Assembly (NCBI GenBank): GCA_014728035.1
Contig: WJMJ01000128.1
Location: forward strand, 16,139-80,138
DNA from: Promethearchaeota archaeon
GTDB taxonomy: Archaea; Asgardarchaeota; Thorarchaeia; Thorarchaeales; Thorarchaeaceae
Reading direction: 5' to 3'
Length of the DNA stretch: 64,000 nt
Shown here: positions 1 to 10,021 of the stretch, piece after piece
How the letters are laid out: each line of letters starts with the position of its first letter
Position numbering within the stretch: position 1 is the stretch's first letter
The notes under the pieces: model-generated
The model's database searches: none
The model's input: only the letters and a program-made list of their open reading frames with translations
What the model was told of the DNA's origin: nothing
Position numbers and translations under genes: made by a program

Positions 1-430
1 GTGCGTGAGGATGATTCAGACTCACACCAATCGCCTTTCCCCGATTCTCGAACTGAAATACATATTCAATTCCTTTCAGAGCATCAAGTTCTTTGAACAC
101 TCTGGTATACTCATTCATGATCAGCCCAACCTGTTCATCGGACATATCCTCGATTTGAGTGTCGTGTTCTGGAGATGTCACTATTACTTTGCATACGCCA
201 TATGCAGGAGCTTCCATCACGATATCTCCATCGAGGGGCATCGGACCTACACCAGGAGACAATGCAGGAAAACGATTCTCTAAGGTCAGAACTTTCCAAT
301 CACCCTGAGTTTCTTTTTGGCCAGGGCAAAACGGGCATTGACGCTCCTTTTTTTGAAATGGACGTTTTGCTCGTTTTGGTGTGATTATTACCCATTCACC
401 CAACATTGGATTCCATCGCACATGGCTCAT
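1..430 (-). CDS. galT: Galactose-1-phosphate uridylyltransferase (5' part; runs off the window start)
   Basis: Not in the ORF track. Manual translation from ATG at 430: MSHVRWNPMLGEWVIITPKRAKRP...CPFCPG...ENRFPAL...FENRGKAIGVSLNHPHA, which carries the GalT RxxRP, CPFC and HPHxQ motifs. Confidence 0.92.
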   Translation of the reverse strand, partial: MSHVRWNPMLGEWVIITPKRAKRPFQKKERQCPFCPGQKETQGDWKVLTLENRFPALSPGVGPMPLDGDIVMEAPAYGVCKVIVTSPEHDTQIEDMSDEQVGLIMNEYTRVFKELDALKGIEYVFQFENRGKAIGVSLNHPHA

Positions 431-548
431 AGTCTAAATACACTCCAGTTACGAATGCTTCAAAATAGAGATACTGAAGAATCTTACCGAATACCTATTA
501 TTACAAAGATAGGAAATTCTAAAGGTTCCTTATCGTTTCGCACAGTAG

Positions 549-1310
549 GTGAAATTGTTGGTAGAAGATCTGAAAAAGAGATTACAAAGAATTGCAGCAT
601 CTGCATGGCCTGCTAAAGAGATGGAGCAATATGGGGGATGGCTATTAAGAGCCAACAATGGAATAACCAGTAGAGCTAACAGTGTGTTTCCTGAAGACAA
701 TCCTCCTGCAGAGTTAGAAGAAGCTATCGAATACGCAATTTCCTTCTACATGAAGCGGTCTATTGAGCCACAATTTCAACTTACCCACTTCACCAAACCA
801 TCAAACCTTGATGAAGCTCTTGATGCGAGAGGGTTTACCATATTGATGCCAACCCAAGTCCAGATTGCAAATATAGACGACATTCTAAAAACCGCATCAA
901 AAAACGCGGTAGAGGTTTCCAATGAAGTAACCGATGAATGGATAGAATGGTACCAAAATATCACTGGTAAAGGAGACTACTATATTAAAATAAGAAGAAG
1001 CATAATGGAAAGGATTCCACCACCAAAAATATTGGTATGGATTAGGCAAGATGAAAGAATAACATCACTGGCCATGGGAGTTCTAAGAGAAGATTGGGTA
1101 GGGTTGTTTTCTGTTACGACAGATCCCAATTACAGAAGAACAGGAGGCGCAACAGCAGTGACTCGATCTATTGCTGATTGGGCAAAGAGGCATGGTGCGA
1201 AAAAGGCATATCTACAAGTTGAGAGTGATAATGCTCCGGCTCTGGCAATGTATCAAAAATTAGGATTTACAAAGTTCTTTGATTATTGGTATAGAACGCT
1301 CGAGGTGTAA
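549..1310 (+). CDS. GNAT family N-acetyltransferase
   Basis: N-terminal GWLLR...TSRANSV motif; C-terminal GNAT acetyl-CoA motif (TDPNYRRTGGA; YLQVESDNAPALAMYQKLGF). Confidence 0.88.
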   Translation: MKLLVEDLKKRLQRIAASAWPAKEMEQYGGWLLRANNGITSRANSVFPEDNPPAELEEAIEYAISFYMKRSIEPQFQLTHFTKPSNLDEALDARGFTILMPTQVQIANIDDILKTASKNAVEVSNEVTDEWIEWYQNITGKGDYYIKIRRSIMERIPPPKILVWIRQDERITSLAMGVLREDWVGLFSVTTDPNYRRTGGATAVTRSIADWAKRHGAKKAYLQVESDNAPALAMYQKLGFTKFFDYWYRTLEV

Positions 1311-1347
1311 TTCCCCGAGCTCAATACCAAGACCTCGTGTTACATTT

Positions 1348-2178
1348 TCAAATTCTTCTTAGCCAGGATTCATAGTCACTCTTTATTTTCTTAGCATCTT
1401 CACTGTCGCCAAAATTACTGGGATTGATTGATAATTTATCGCCATCTAAAACAGCTTCGACAACAAGGATGCCAGGAACCTCTATTTTGAACCCAATTTT
1501 ACCATCACGTTCAAAACGTTCAGTGTATACCAATTCAGCATTCTTCACGGTTGAAAAAAGAAGATATGCTGCTTTCTGATCGGCACTTCCGGTGGATACA
1601 GGTGACGTTTCTTTCTCAGGTTTTGAAACTGACTTAGGAACGGGTTTCGGGTCGGGTTTTGGTGGCTTTGGTGGTTTTGATACAGCCGGCTTTGGTTCAG
1701 AGGAAGCAGGACTTGATGTACTAATAGCAGGAGAAGCTTCATAGCTAGCATCAGAAGATTCAGGAGGAGGAGCAGTTGGTCCAGAGCCATCATCCAATGT
1801 AGCGAGAACTTCGTCTTCAAATGTCCATTTCTGGTCTAAAGCAGTCTTAAAGCGCTCAATATTTGCAGCTACTTCGGGGTCTCCAGAGTCTTTTTCCATC
1901 ATTTCAACAAGATGACTTGTGGCCATTCCGATAGTTGTCACTCCTACGCTATGACCAGATTTCTGAATTCCTTTTCCAATACGTAATGCATGCATACGTG
2001 TTGGCATATTCACATCACGACCAATCCATACCCAGCAAGTGTCATTAAATTCATCTAAAACAATTAGAGCCCGATCACTAGTAACCATTCCGGGGTCTAA
2101 TTTTACTGGCAAAATCTCACCAGAGTCATCTTCTAGCATAAGCACAAAAGGTCTTCTTGATAACGTCTTAATTGGCAT
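1348..2178 (-). CDS. Gelsolin-like domain protein with Pro/Lys/Ser-rich linker and unknown C-terminal domain
   Basis: VTSDRALIVLDEFNDTCWVWIGR matches the gelsolin repeat core (LxSxDxFILD...IyVWxG); linker PTAPPP...KPPKPPKPDPKPVPK; SD-like GGAGG upstream. Confidence 0.75.
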   Translation of the reverse strand: MPIKTLSRRPFVLMLEDDSGEILPVKLDPGMVTSDRALIVLDEFNDTCWVWIGRDVNMPTRMHALRIGKGIQKSGHSVGVTTIGMATSHLVEMMEKDSGDPEVAANIERFKTALDQKWTFEDEVLATLDDGSGPTAPPPESSDASYEASPAISTSSPASSEPKPAVSKPPKPPKPDPKPVPKSVSKPEKETSPVSTGSADQKAAYLLFSTVKNAELVYTERFERDGKIGFKIEVPGILVVEAVLDGDKLSINPSNFGDSEDAKKIKSDYESWLRRI

Positions 2179-2287
2179 GTTAATACCTCCAATGGGTCTT
2201 GGTCCCAGTAATTTCTGGGAGTAGTCCTTTTTAACAAAATGTCAGACGAACTAGAAAAAGCAAGATTCCGTTGTAAATCCTCACCAA

Positions 2288-2554
2288 TTAAGACCCTAAC
2301 GAAGTTGAGATCATATCCAGTTCTGCATCGATTGCCATAAGAGATTGGGTTTCTTCCATGCCCTTGATTCTACGAATCTTTGTAAGAATAATGTCGACAA
2401 GACTCTCCATATCTCTGCCGCGTACCTCTGCAATTATATCATATGGCCCAAAGACTTTATGAGCCTCTTCAGTAACATGAAGATTCAAAATTTCTTTGAG
2501 GACATTATCCTCTTCACCAGCCTTCGTTCTAATAAGAATGTAAGCTTTGACCAT
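2288..2554 (-). CDS. Stand-alone Lrp/AsnC ligand-binding (RAM) domain protein
   Basis: KAYILI...EAHKVFGPYDIIAEV...KIRRIKGMEETQSL; no HTH. Confidence 0.9.
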   Translation of the reverse strand: MVKAYILIRTKAGEEDNVLKEILNLHVTEEAHKVFGPYDIIAEVRGRDMESLVDIILTKIRRIKGMEETQSLMAIDAELDMISTSLGS

Positions 2555-2739
2555 TGTGTATTACCACCAAAGGGGATTAGCTCACGACTCTTATCTTCCT
2601 GATAAACTCTTCTGAAAAATAATTAGACTGATAAAATATCCTCTCAAACCAGATAACAAAGTGTGACTGAGTGACGCGTATTTTCGCGCCACATTCAGCC
2701 AAGAAGATTTGGTATGCGACAGAGTCGCAGCTTGTCATT

Positions 2740-2877
2740 TTAGTCGGACATAGCAAATCTTGGGCATTTGTCTTTGTTTATACCTGGTGTATCGCAGGGC
2801 TTGTTCATCCCTTCATAGAATTTGAAGCCATCAACGCCACATTTGCTTTCATCCGCATTAAATTCTGGGCAGGTCAT
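2740..2877 (-). CDS. Small Cys-rich protein (putative metal-binding, about 45 aa)
   Basis: MTCPEFNADESKC...KPCDTPGINKDKCPRFAMSD; four Cys in two C-x9-C pairs; fills an otherwise empty gap. Start uncertain (the ORF track begins at 2928). Confidence 0.5.
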   Translation of the reverse strand: MTCPEFNADESKCGVDGFKFYEGMNKPCDTPGINKDKCPRFAMSD

Positions 2878-3105
2878 ATATTTGTTCTCCAGTATTGGTC
2901 CGCCATGTCGTATGTTCTTGAGAAACATTCAACATAGACTAGCGCAGAGAAATTCCCTTTAGAAACATATTAAGATTGTTCGGACACAATTGAAAATTCG
3001 TAAGGTTTGATAGCTTATCGAAGTCGAATAATAGGACAATCTATGCTGCATATCTCTATAACACATCAATTGTATAATTGTAAGATAGTTGTGGAGTTGA
3101 ATACC

Positions 3106-3927
3106 ATGATAGGTTCTCTACAGATAACAGTGCCTGCAGGATGTATGAACGATTGTCCATTTTGTGTATACAGACAACATGCAACTCGATTCAGAACTAC
3201 ATGGCAGAGCAATCATGCAAGATGGTCTCGTGAGATAGAACGCAGAATTAGATATGCAGCAAGTAGAGTAGCTGCCATAATGATCACAAGTCACGGTGAA
3301 CCAACCATCAATATCAATTACATTCGCGATATCATGAAGATAATTAATCGGGTGGCACCTGAACTTACTCACGTTGAGATACAGACTAGTGGAGTCGGAG
3401 TAGACGACGAAAAACTAGATAGTCTCTATGAAGCGGGTATACGAGTTATCTCGTTATCAGTTCCTGCTTTACACGAAGAAGATATACTACGAATCATGAA
3501 GGTACCTTCAAAGAAGAACTATAGACCACTTGAACTGGTTTCCAAAATACGAGAGAAGGGCTTTGTTCTCAGATTATCTATTGCAATGACGGATTGGTTC
3601 GACGACTATGATTTAGAATATGTAATGGCCCTTTTGGTAAAGGATTGGAAACCAGATCAAGCCTCATTCAAGAAGCTTTACGGTGCAGACGAGATAGCAA
3701 CAAAGAATTATGACAATCTGCTTGAAGATTTCAAGAAAGTAACAAGATACAGAAAGCTTGAACTACTCGCATTAGGTGCATGGAAGTATGATGCTGATGG
3801 AATCGGAATTGTTTGGAATGATGACTGTATGGTTGCAGATGAAGGCGAGGAACCACGATATCTCATTCTTCAGCCTGATGGAAGATTATATACTCGTTGG
3901 GACACAAAGGGATCAGTGATTTTCTAA
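3106..3927 (+). CDS. Radical SAM protein, uncharacterised family
   Basis: CMNDCPFC (CxxxCxxC) and SHGEPT (GGE-like) motifs; ATG 3106 chosen because GGAG lies upstream. Confidence 0.88.
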   Translation: MIGSLQITVPAGCMNDCPFCVYRQHATRFRTTWQSNHARWSREIERRIRYAASRVAAIMITSHGEPTININYIRDIMKIINRVAPELTHVEIQTSGVGVDDEKLDSLYEAGIRVISLSVPALHEEDILRIMKVPSKKNYRPLELVSKIREKGFVLRLSIAMTDWFDDYDLEYVMALLVKDWKPDQASFKKLYGADEIATKNYDNLLEDFKKVTRYRKLELLALGAWKYDADGIGIVWNDDCMVADEGEEPRYLILQPDGRLYTRWDTKGSVIF

Positions 3928-3935
3928 GGTTATAA

Positions 3936-4748
3936 CTAATCAAAAAGCCCTCTTTCAGTTAAAATGTCTATCAAAAGCTTGGGCTCATCTGTGAAAATAC
4001 CATCAACATCCATGTCTATAAGTTCCCCCATTGTTTCCTCATCATTGATAGTCCAGACATGAACTGCTATATTTCTCTCATGAGCTGCATCAACAAATCT
4101 TTGAGTAACAACTTCAATTCGTCCACTATCTTTAGGAACCTGAAGAGCAAAATATCGTGGATTTTTAGGAAGAAATCGCTCCATATGTGCAACCATTCCA
4201 AGAACAAATCGTTTTACCTCTCTAGGACTTGCAGCTGTCTTAATATCGGATGCTAGCCCTCTCATTCGCTCAATCTGCTTTGTATGGAATGAGCCGACGA
4301 TAACACGTTTTTTTGCTCCTAGGCGAGTTAGTAAATCAATTAACATCTGTGGAAACTCATCAATTTCATCCTTAATGTCAAGGTTAAATTTCGTCTTCGG
4401 AAAGGTTGTTAATGCTTTCTCAAGTGTTGCAATCTTATACCCCTGCCCTTTGAATGGGAATGTTTCACCATCGAGAGTATAGTGTTCTCCCATATCAAAA
4501 CCAAGTAGATCTTCCAAAGAGTAGTTTAGCAACACATCGGCTTCTCCGGTTAATCTTTCCATGGTGTCATCGTGAAACAATACAATCTGGCCATCACCAG
4601 TAAGACGAATATCTGTTTCAATATAGTCAACACCAATATCAACAGCTGCTTTTATTGCCTCCAGTGTGTTCTCTGGTGCAGCTTTTGGGTCTCCTCTATG
4701 ACCCATTATCAATGGACGATCAGTTTTTCGTAGGGGATTATCGGTCAT
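3936..4748 (-). CDS. Glycerophosphodiester phosphodiesterase (GDPD)
   Basis: HRG...PENT, ETDIRLT, HD, NLDIK, VHVWTIN, GIFTDEP motifs; start uncertain (ORF open to 4835). Confidence 0.93.
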   Translation of the reverse strand: MTDNPLRKTDRPLIMGHRGDPKAAPENTLEAIKAAVDIGVDYIETDIRLTGDGQIVLFHDDTMERLTGEADVLLNYSLEDLLGFDMGEHYTLDGETFPFKGQGYKIATLEKALTTFPKTKFNLDIKDEIDEFPQMLIDLLTRLGAKKRVIVGSFHTKQIERMRGLASDIKTAASPREVKRFVLGMVAHMERFLPKNPRYFALQVPKDSGRIEVVTQRFVDAAHERNIAVHVWTINDEETMGELIDMDVDGIFTDEPKLLIDILTERGLFD

Positions 4749-4859
4749 GATAGTAACACGTTGAACATTGTTAGCCATAAGTCTTCTTGATTTCGATTTT
4801 CGAAATCTATAATTGGACAAACTCTTAGCTCGCATTACCTGGATAGATAGTGGTTAAAT

Positions 4860-5480
4860 ATGATGGCACAAGTTGAATGGACTAAATCAGGAATCCCATC
4901 AAAGGAAAGCATCATAGACGCTGCTGCTGCTGGAATGGTATCTCGTCATGATGACGAGTACAAGGAATTCATGCCGGATATTTCGTTTGAACGTGCGAAA
5001 GAGTTTCTTAAAAAGATGATTAGACTAGGACATGATAGTGTTTTGGAACATATTGTCTTTCAATTTTGGGTCAGTATATCTAGAGTAGCATCACACCAAC
5101 TTGTAAGACATAGAATAGCATCTTATACTCAAAAAAGTCACAGGAAAGAAAGGAAACTGACATTGGATGATTTTGTCATCCCAGAACAACTTGATGGAAA
5201 AGATAGAGAAGAGTGGATTGACGATATTAAGAAGTACATTAAAACATATGAGAAATGGTTAGAGAAGGGATATGCTGTCGATATTGCTAGAAGAAAACTA
5301 CCTCAAGAAACTCGTACAGACTTGATTATGACCATCAATGCAAGATCGCTTCGAAACTTTTTCAGACTTCGAGCTGAACATGTAGCTGATTTCGAGATAA
5401 GAGATATGGCTCTCAAGATGCATATGTTAATAGAAAAGGAAAATCTTATCTTCCTTTTTGAGGATATACCAATAGAATAA
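4860..5480 (+). CDS. thyX: FAD-dependent thymidylate synthase
   Basis: GHDSVLEH, RHRIASYTQKSHR (RHRx7S), NARSLRNFFRLR. Confidence 0.93.
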   Translation: MMAQVEWTKSGIPSKESIIDAAAAGMVSRHDDEYKEFMPDISFERAKEFLKKMIRLGHDSVLEHIVFQFWVSISRVASHQLVRHRIASYTQKSHRKERKLTLDDFVIPEQLDGKDREEWIDDIKKYIKTYEKWLEKGYAVDIARRKLPQETRTDLIMTINARSLRNFFRLRAEHVADFEIRDMALKMHMLIEKENLIFLFEDIPIE

Positions 5481-5621
5481 CCATAGAAAATCAATCTGAT
5501 ACTATCAAAGTAACAGTCTTAAAAAAATTAGTATTGATAGTCACTATTGTGCTGTTTTTTACGTTTGGTGAAACTGCATACCAAACGATAATTGGCTTGC
5601 TTCATGGATTTTTCAGATTGT

Positions 5622-5657
5622 AAAAAAGAGGGAAAAAGGAGCACCTGTGAGTGCTCC
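5622..5657 (-). terminator. Hairpin plus T-tract terminator of the por operon
   Basis: GGAGCAC-6nt-GTGCTCC (5638-5657) followed on the minus strand by TTTTTCCCTCTTTTTT, just after the porB stop. Confidence 0.7.
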
Positions 5658-5665
5658 AATATTGA

Positions 5666-6622
5666 TTATTCTACACCGCATTTCTTCTTGAGCAGTTCCC
5701 AGTCCTCTTTAATCCAGGTCTGAATCTGCTTTCTGAAATCTTCCCACTGTGGGTCTTTGAATAAGTGTCTAAATTGACCCTGTGGTTTCATGTAGTCATC
5801 GACAGGAGTTAGCTCCTTCAGCCGCTTACTTGGACCGGACATGATGTATTCTTCACCATCAATAATCTCATAGAGAGGGTGAATACCAGTCTCAACAGCA
5901 AGTTTGGCTAATTCCATGCTTTTAGCAGTGTCAGACCTCCAACCTCGTGGACATGGAGAGTATGCATGAATGAATGCAGGACCCTCAACTTCAAGCGCCT
6001 TGCGAAACTTGTTGATGAAGTCTCGATGGTGGTAAGGAGTAACTGTTGCGACATAGGGAATCTTGTGAGCGGCTACAATCTCAGCGATTGGTTTCTTCCG
6101 CTGTTGCTTGCCGGGTTCAACTTTTCCTGCCCAAGAGGTAGTAGTTTCTTGACCAGGGAGTGTAGCACCTGAACGTTGGATACCGGTGTTCTGGTATGCT
6201 CCGTTGTCGTAGACCATGTATACAATATCATGGCCCCGTTCGAGCATTCCACTTAGAGAGCCAAACCCAATATCAAAGGTACCACCATCTCCACCGATGG
6301 CAACAACATCAACATGTTCGTGCTCAAAACGTCCCTTTTGATGCATCACCTTGTATGCTTCAGCGACACCAGAGGCGACTGCTGAGGCATTCTCGAAGGC
6401 CACATGGATCCAGGGAATCTCCCAAGCTGTGTAAGGATATATTGTTGTAGCGACCTCAAGACATCCTGTTGCCTCACATACCACTGTTGGACCGCGTAGT
6501 GCCATACCCATGAGTTTGACAACGGTAGGTGCTGCGCAACCTGCACACATTCTGTGACCTGATGAAAGAATCTGGTCTTTCTCAATCATATCTTTGATTC
6601 GTACTGCTGCTTCTTCAGTCAT
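5666..6622 (-). CDS. porB: Pyruvate/2-oxoacid:ferredoxin oxidoreductase beta subunit
   Basis: CAGC, TGCLEV, TPP-binding GGDGG...YDNGAYQNTGIQ, SPCPRGW. Confidence 0.95.
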   Translation of the reverse strand: MTEEAAVRIKDMIEKDQILSSGHRMCAGCAAPTVVKLMGMALRGPTVVCEATGCLEVATTIYPYTAWEIPWIHVAFENASAVASGVAEAYKVMHQKGRFEHEHVDVVAIGGDGGTFDIGFGSLSGMLERGHDIVYMVYDNGAYQNTGIQRSGATLPGQETTTSWAGKVEPGKQQRKKPIAEIVAAHKIPYVATVTPYHHRDFINKFRKALEVEGPAFIHAYSPCPRGWRSDTAKSMELAKLAVETGIHPLYEIIDGEEYIMSGPSKRLKELTPVDDYMKPQGQFRHLFKDPQWEDFRKQIQTWIKEDWELLKKKCGVE

Positions 6623-7824
6623 TATTTTCTAACCCCCAGTGTTTCATAGAGTGGAGCTTTGCCTTTCTCAAGATACTTCTTCGTTTTCTTGAATCCTTCA
6701 ACAAAGGTAGTTGGTGGCACATCACGGCCTCCGAGTCCCACTACAAAGTCAGCAATCAACGGGCGTTTCTCTGCTTCATAGAGTGCACTGCGAATTTCAA
6801 GAGCTAATGGATGAGTAACTGCTCCAAAGGACATTGCTTTCTCAAAAATCATAACAGCCTTTGCATCACCAACAGCTTTCTTGATGGCTTCAACAGGGAA
6901 TGGTCTGAACATCTTCAATCGGATGACCCCGACCTTCTCACCCTGTTCACGAAGTACATCAGCGACAACTTTTGCGGTTCCGCCCATGGTACTCATTGCA
7001 ATAATGATGATTTCAGCATCTTCAGTCTTGTATTCCTCAATCATTCCATAGGATCGTCCTGTGAGTTTTTCAAACTCCTTCTCGACTTTCTTGTAAATCT
7101 TTGGAACTTCTTGGATTGCACGGTCCTGTTGCTCCTTAAATTCAAAGTAATAATCCGTAAGAGCAAGTGGGCCCATTGTGATTGGTTTGTCTGGATGCAG
7201 TGGTAAAACTGGTTCACGAACACCTAAGAAATCAGTTACAACTTCAGTTGGAAGCATCTCGACTCGTTCAACATTGTGACTTAGAATGAATCCATCAATA
7301 CCCACCATTACAGGTAAGAGTACATCATGGTCTTCGGCTAATTTAAATGACATAATAGTTGTGTCATAGGCTTCTTGTGAACTCTGACAATAGAGTTGTA
7401 CAAATCCACTATCACGCATTCCCATACCATCTGAGTGGTCATTGTGAATGTTGATCGGAGCGCTCAATGCTCTATTTGCGACAGTAAACACAATCGGCAT
7501 GCGCATTGACGCTGCACAGTAGAGAATTTCCCACATAAGCGCAAGTCCTGCTGATGCAGATGCGGTAGCTACTCGTGCTCCGGTTGCTGAAGCTCCAACA
7601 CATGCAGACATTGCACTGTGTTCAGACTCTACAGGTATGACAGCGGTCTGTACCTCACCATCTGCTGCGAACTTTTGAAAGTCTTCTACGATGATGGTCT
7701 GAGGTGTGATGGGATATGCTGCAAGAACATCAAGGTCGCACTGCTTGAGTGCATGAGCAATTGCTGCATCGCCAGTCAGGCCTTCGATTGAAATCTTCTC
7801 TTTTGCTACTGTCATATTATTCAT
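6622..7824 (-). CDS. porA: Pyruvate/2-oxoacid:ferredoxin oxidoreductase alpha subunit
   Basis: AAYPITPQT, ESEHSAMS, NRALSAP, FRPFP, GLGGRD. Confidence 0.95.
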   Translation of the reverse strand: MNNMTVAKEKISIEGLTGDAAIAHALKQCDLDVLAAYPITPQTIIVEDFQKFAADGEVQTAVIPVESEHSAMSACVGASATGARVATASASAGLALMWEILYCAASMRMPIVFTVANRALSAPINIHNDHSDGMGMRDSGFVQLYCQSSQEAYDTTIMSFKLAEDHDVLLPVMVGIDGFILSHNVERVEMLPTEVVTDFLGVREPVLPLHPDKPITMGPLALTDYYFEFKEQQDRAIQEVPKIYKKVEKEFEKLTGRSYGMIEEYKTEDAEIIIIAMSTMGGTAKVVADVLREQGEKVGVIRLKMFRPFPVEAIKKAVGDAKAVMIFEKAMSFGAVTHPLALEIRSALYEAEKRPLIADFVVGLGGRDVPPTTFVEGFKKTKKYLEKGKAPLYETLGVRK

Positions 7825-8113
7825 TCTCCATGGTTATGCTGTCTGTTGGGCATTCGTTAGCACAAATACCACATCCCTTACAGTAGTCATAATTGTAAGC
7901 GTAAGCGTGGTTTCCATCCTTCTCAGTAAGAATCACAGCCATATCTGGACAGTATATCCAGCATTTTCCACAAGTTCCGTTTTTCACCCATAAACAAGTT
8001 TCAGGGTTATGTACGGGCCTCTGGGAGCGCCAGCCACCAGTTTTGTATTCAGTTGCGTTGCCAGGCTTGATTATATTACCAGCCATTGGAATCTCGTCAA
8101 ACTTTTCGCTCAT
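7817..8113 (-). CDS. porD: 2-oxoacid:ferredoxin oxidoreductase delta subunit (2x4Fe-4S)
   Basis: KTGGWRSQRP, CGKCWIYCP, YCKGCGICANECP. Confidence 0.95.
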   Translation of the reverse strand: MSEKFDEIPMAGNIIKPGNATEYKTGGWRSQRPVHNPETCLWVKNGTCGKCWIYCPDMAVILTEKDGNHAYAYNYDYCKGCGICANECPTDSITMENE

Positions 8114-8685
8114 CCTACTTGAGCCTCCTCTACTGCCTTTTCCATTGCGGCTTTGTTAAGTTCTCCAATCTTTCCAGGGTATCGTTCGAGTACTGCTTCA
8201 ATCGCAGTATCGATTTTTACCGTGCCAACAGCGTGAACAGCTGAAGCCATGGTGGGCATGTTGTAAAATGGACGACCAAGTATATCTAAAGCAATAGTGG
8301 TAGCATCCACTGTGACAACTTTACCAGTTTTGAAATCGTATTTCTCACGAACTTCATCAGGGGAAAGAGTAGTGTTAAGAACAAGAGTCCCTTCTTCTTT
8401 CAATCCTTCAACAGGATTTACAACCTCCAGTAGCGTTGGGTCAATACAGACCACTACGTCAGGATTGTAGACCTGTGCATAAATTTGAATGGGATTCTTG
8501 CTAATTCTCAGGAACGCCCTCACTGGTGCCCCTGTTCTCTCAGGGCCAAACTCGGGGAAGGCTTGGATATAATTGCCTTCTGCAAGGGCGGCCTTACCTA
8601 GCATCTGGTTCGAAGTGACAACTCCTTGGCCACCTCTTCCGTGCCATCTAAATTCGGTAATGCCTTTAGCAAAATCAAGTGCCAT
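8110..8685 (-). CDS. porG: 2-oxoacid:ferredoxin oxidoreductase gamma subunit
   Basis: RWHGRGGQG, FPEFGPERTGAP; start at 8685 or 8697. Confidence 0.95.
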   Translation of the reverse strand: MALDFAKGITEFRWHGRGGQGVVTSNQMLGKAALAEGNYIQAFPEFGPERTGAPVRAFLRISKNPIQIYAQVYNPDVVVCIDPTLLEVVNPVEGLKEEGTLVLNTTLSPDEVREKYDFKTGKVVTVDATTIALDILGRPFYNMPTMASAVHAVGTVKIDTAIEAVLERYPGKIGELNKAAMEKAVEEAQVG

Positions 8686-8803
8686 ATTTATTCTCACCTT
8701 CAGGGTGAACTATGGTGACTTCCCTTGGTCTATCCTTATGTATTTGATGGAGTGGTACATGAAAACCGATTGAATTCGATAAATGCGATGAAATCAGCGG
8801 TAG

Positions 8804-10021
8804 TTAGAATTTCTTAATCAAGAGAATTACCACAATGACAGATATCCCCGATAGAATAGATGCCATCACGACAATAGGAGTACCCATGCCACCAATCAGA
8901 CCTGGAATGACTGAAATATCTACAGTGTCTTGATCTACATTGCCCCTAGCGTCACGAACTTCAAGTGTTATATTATGAACACCTGGTGAAAGATTGTCGA
9001 TATCGACCGATATTGTTCTACCATGCCAAGGCATGATTTGTGGTTCATTTCCATCTAGTGAGAGTGAGTAGCTGTAAGGAAAGTCGTCACTTGCATTCCA
9101 AGATACAGTATTCCCACGAGTTTCATATTCAATTGTAATATCACTAGAGGGTTCAATTATTGGAAAATCTAAGTCAAGCAGTGTAACAGGAAAATGATCT
9201 CGTGAGCCCGCAGTTCCATCTATCTGATGCTCATCAGTTTGCTGAAGGTTGCTCCATCGATTTCCTTGGGCAATCCCATCATCCCAACGATTCCATGTGC
9301 CATCATCTTCTGCATTATTGAGTGGATGTATGTCATCAAATCCACCATTCCATCCAATGCTATTATTGAACACAAGATGGCCTTCTGAAAACCCATCAAG
9401 TTCAATCCCAGATAGACTATTCCCATATATTTTGCATTGGGTAACTGTAGAGTTTTGGCCACCAGAGATATCAATACCCTTAGCGTTATTGCTGGTAGTA
9501 CACTTGATGGCAGTACAATTTCGTGAAGAGGACATTCTGATACCTGAATTACCATTATGAAAACTACTGTTGATTATACTAAATTCTTCAACTCCAGACA
9601 ATTCGATACCATATCTTGGATTACCAACAACAATGCAATCTTGAACAATCCCATTTCTTGTGTTTGTCATCAACAATGCAGCATTACTCCCACCTCCAAT
9701 CAAGTAGCAATTTCGAATCACATAATGTGAGTCAATATTCCGTATGGATATACAAATAGTGCCGGAAATTCGAAGGTTCTCAATAACATATGGGTCTTCA
9801 ACACTGCCAGATCCTGAAAATCCATGAGATGTAAAATCAAGGTCATCATTGATTGAGAAAGGAATATGCTCCTCGTAAGAAAGGGCATGGTTTGAAAGAG
9901 GTATGCTATTTGCAGAATGAACTGATGGAATATATGCTGTACACATGCATAATAAAATCAGCATGACTAGACCCTTTGTCAAATAACCTTTCACCGTCAT
10001 GGTTAATTCCACTAGAATCAT
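8804..10021 (-). CDS. Membrane-anchored right-handed parallel beta-helix (NosD/CASH) protein with Ig-like domain
   Basis: Signal peptide, GSGSVEDPYVIE motif, GI-x-L repeats, WDDG...GNRWS, Ig-like LSPGVHNITLEVRDARGN, C-terminal TM plus KK. Confidence 0.85.
   Translation of the reverse strand: MILVELTMTVKGYLTKGLVMLILLCMCTAYIPSVHSANSIPLSNHALSYEEHIPFSINDDLDFTSHGFSGSGSVEDPYVIENLRISGTICISIRNIDSHYVIRNCYLIGGGSNAALLMTNTRNGIVQDCIVVGNPRYGIELSGVEEFSIINSSFHNGNSGIRMSSSRNCTAIKCTTSNNAKGIDISGGQNSTVTQCKIYGNSLSGIELDGFSEGHLVFNNSIGWNGGFDDIHPLNNAEDDGTWNRWDDGIAQGNRWSNLQQTDEHQIDGTAGSRDHFPVTLLDLDFPIIEPSSDITIEYETRGNTVSWNASDDFPYSYSLSLDGNEPQIMPWHGRTISVDIDNLSPGVHNITLEVRDARGNVDQDTVDISVIPGLIGGMGTPIVVMASILSGISVIVVILLIKKF

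Noticed and set aside
5-616. Three short plus-strand ORFs in the track
   Set aside because: They are shadows of the minus-strand galT, which the track missed because it has no stop codon inside the window.
3106-3927. Viperin-like antiviral radical SAM
   Set aside because: Only generic similarity (YLILQPDGR); lacks the viperin CNYxCxFCF-type context and has no defence neighbourhood.
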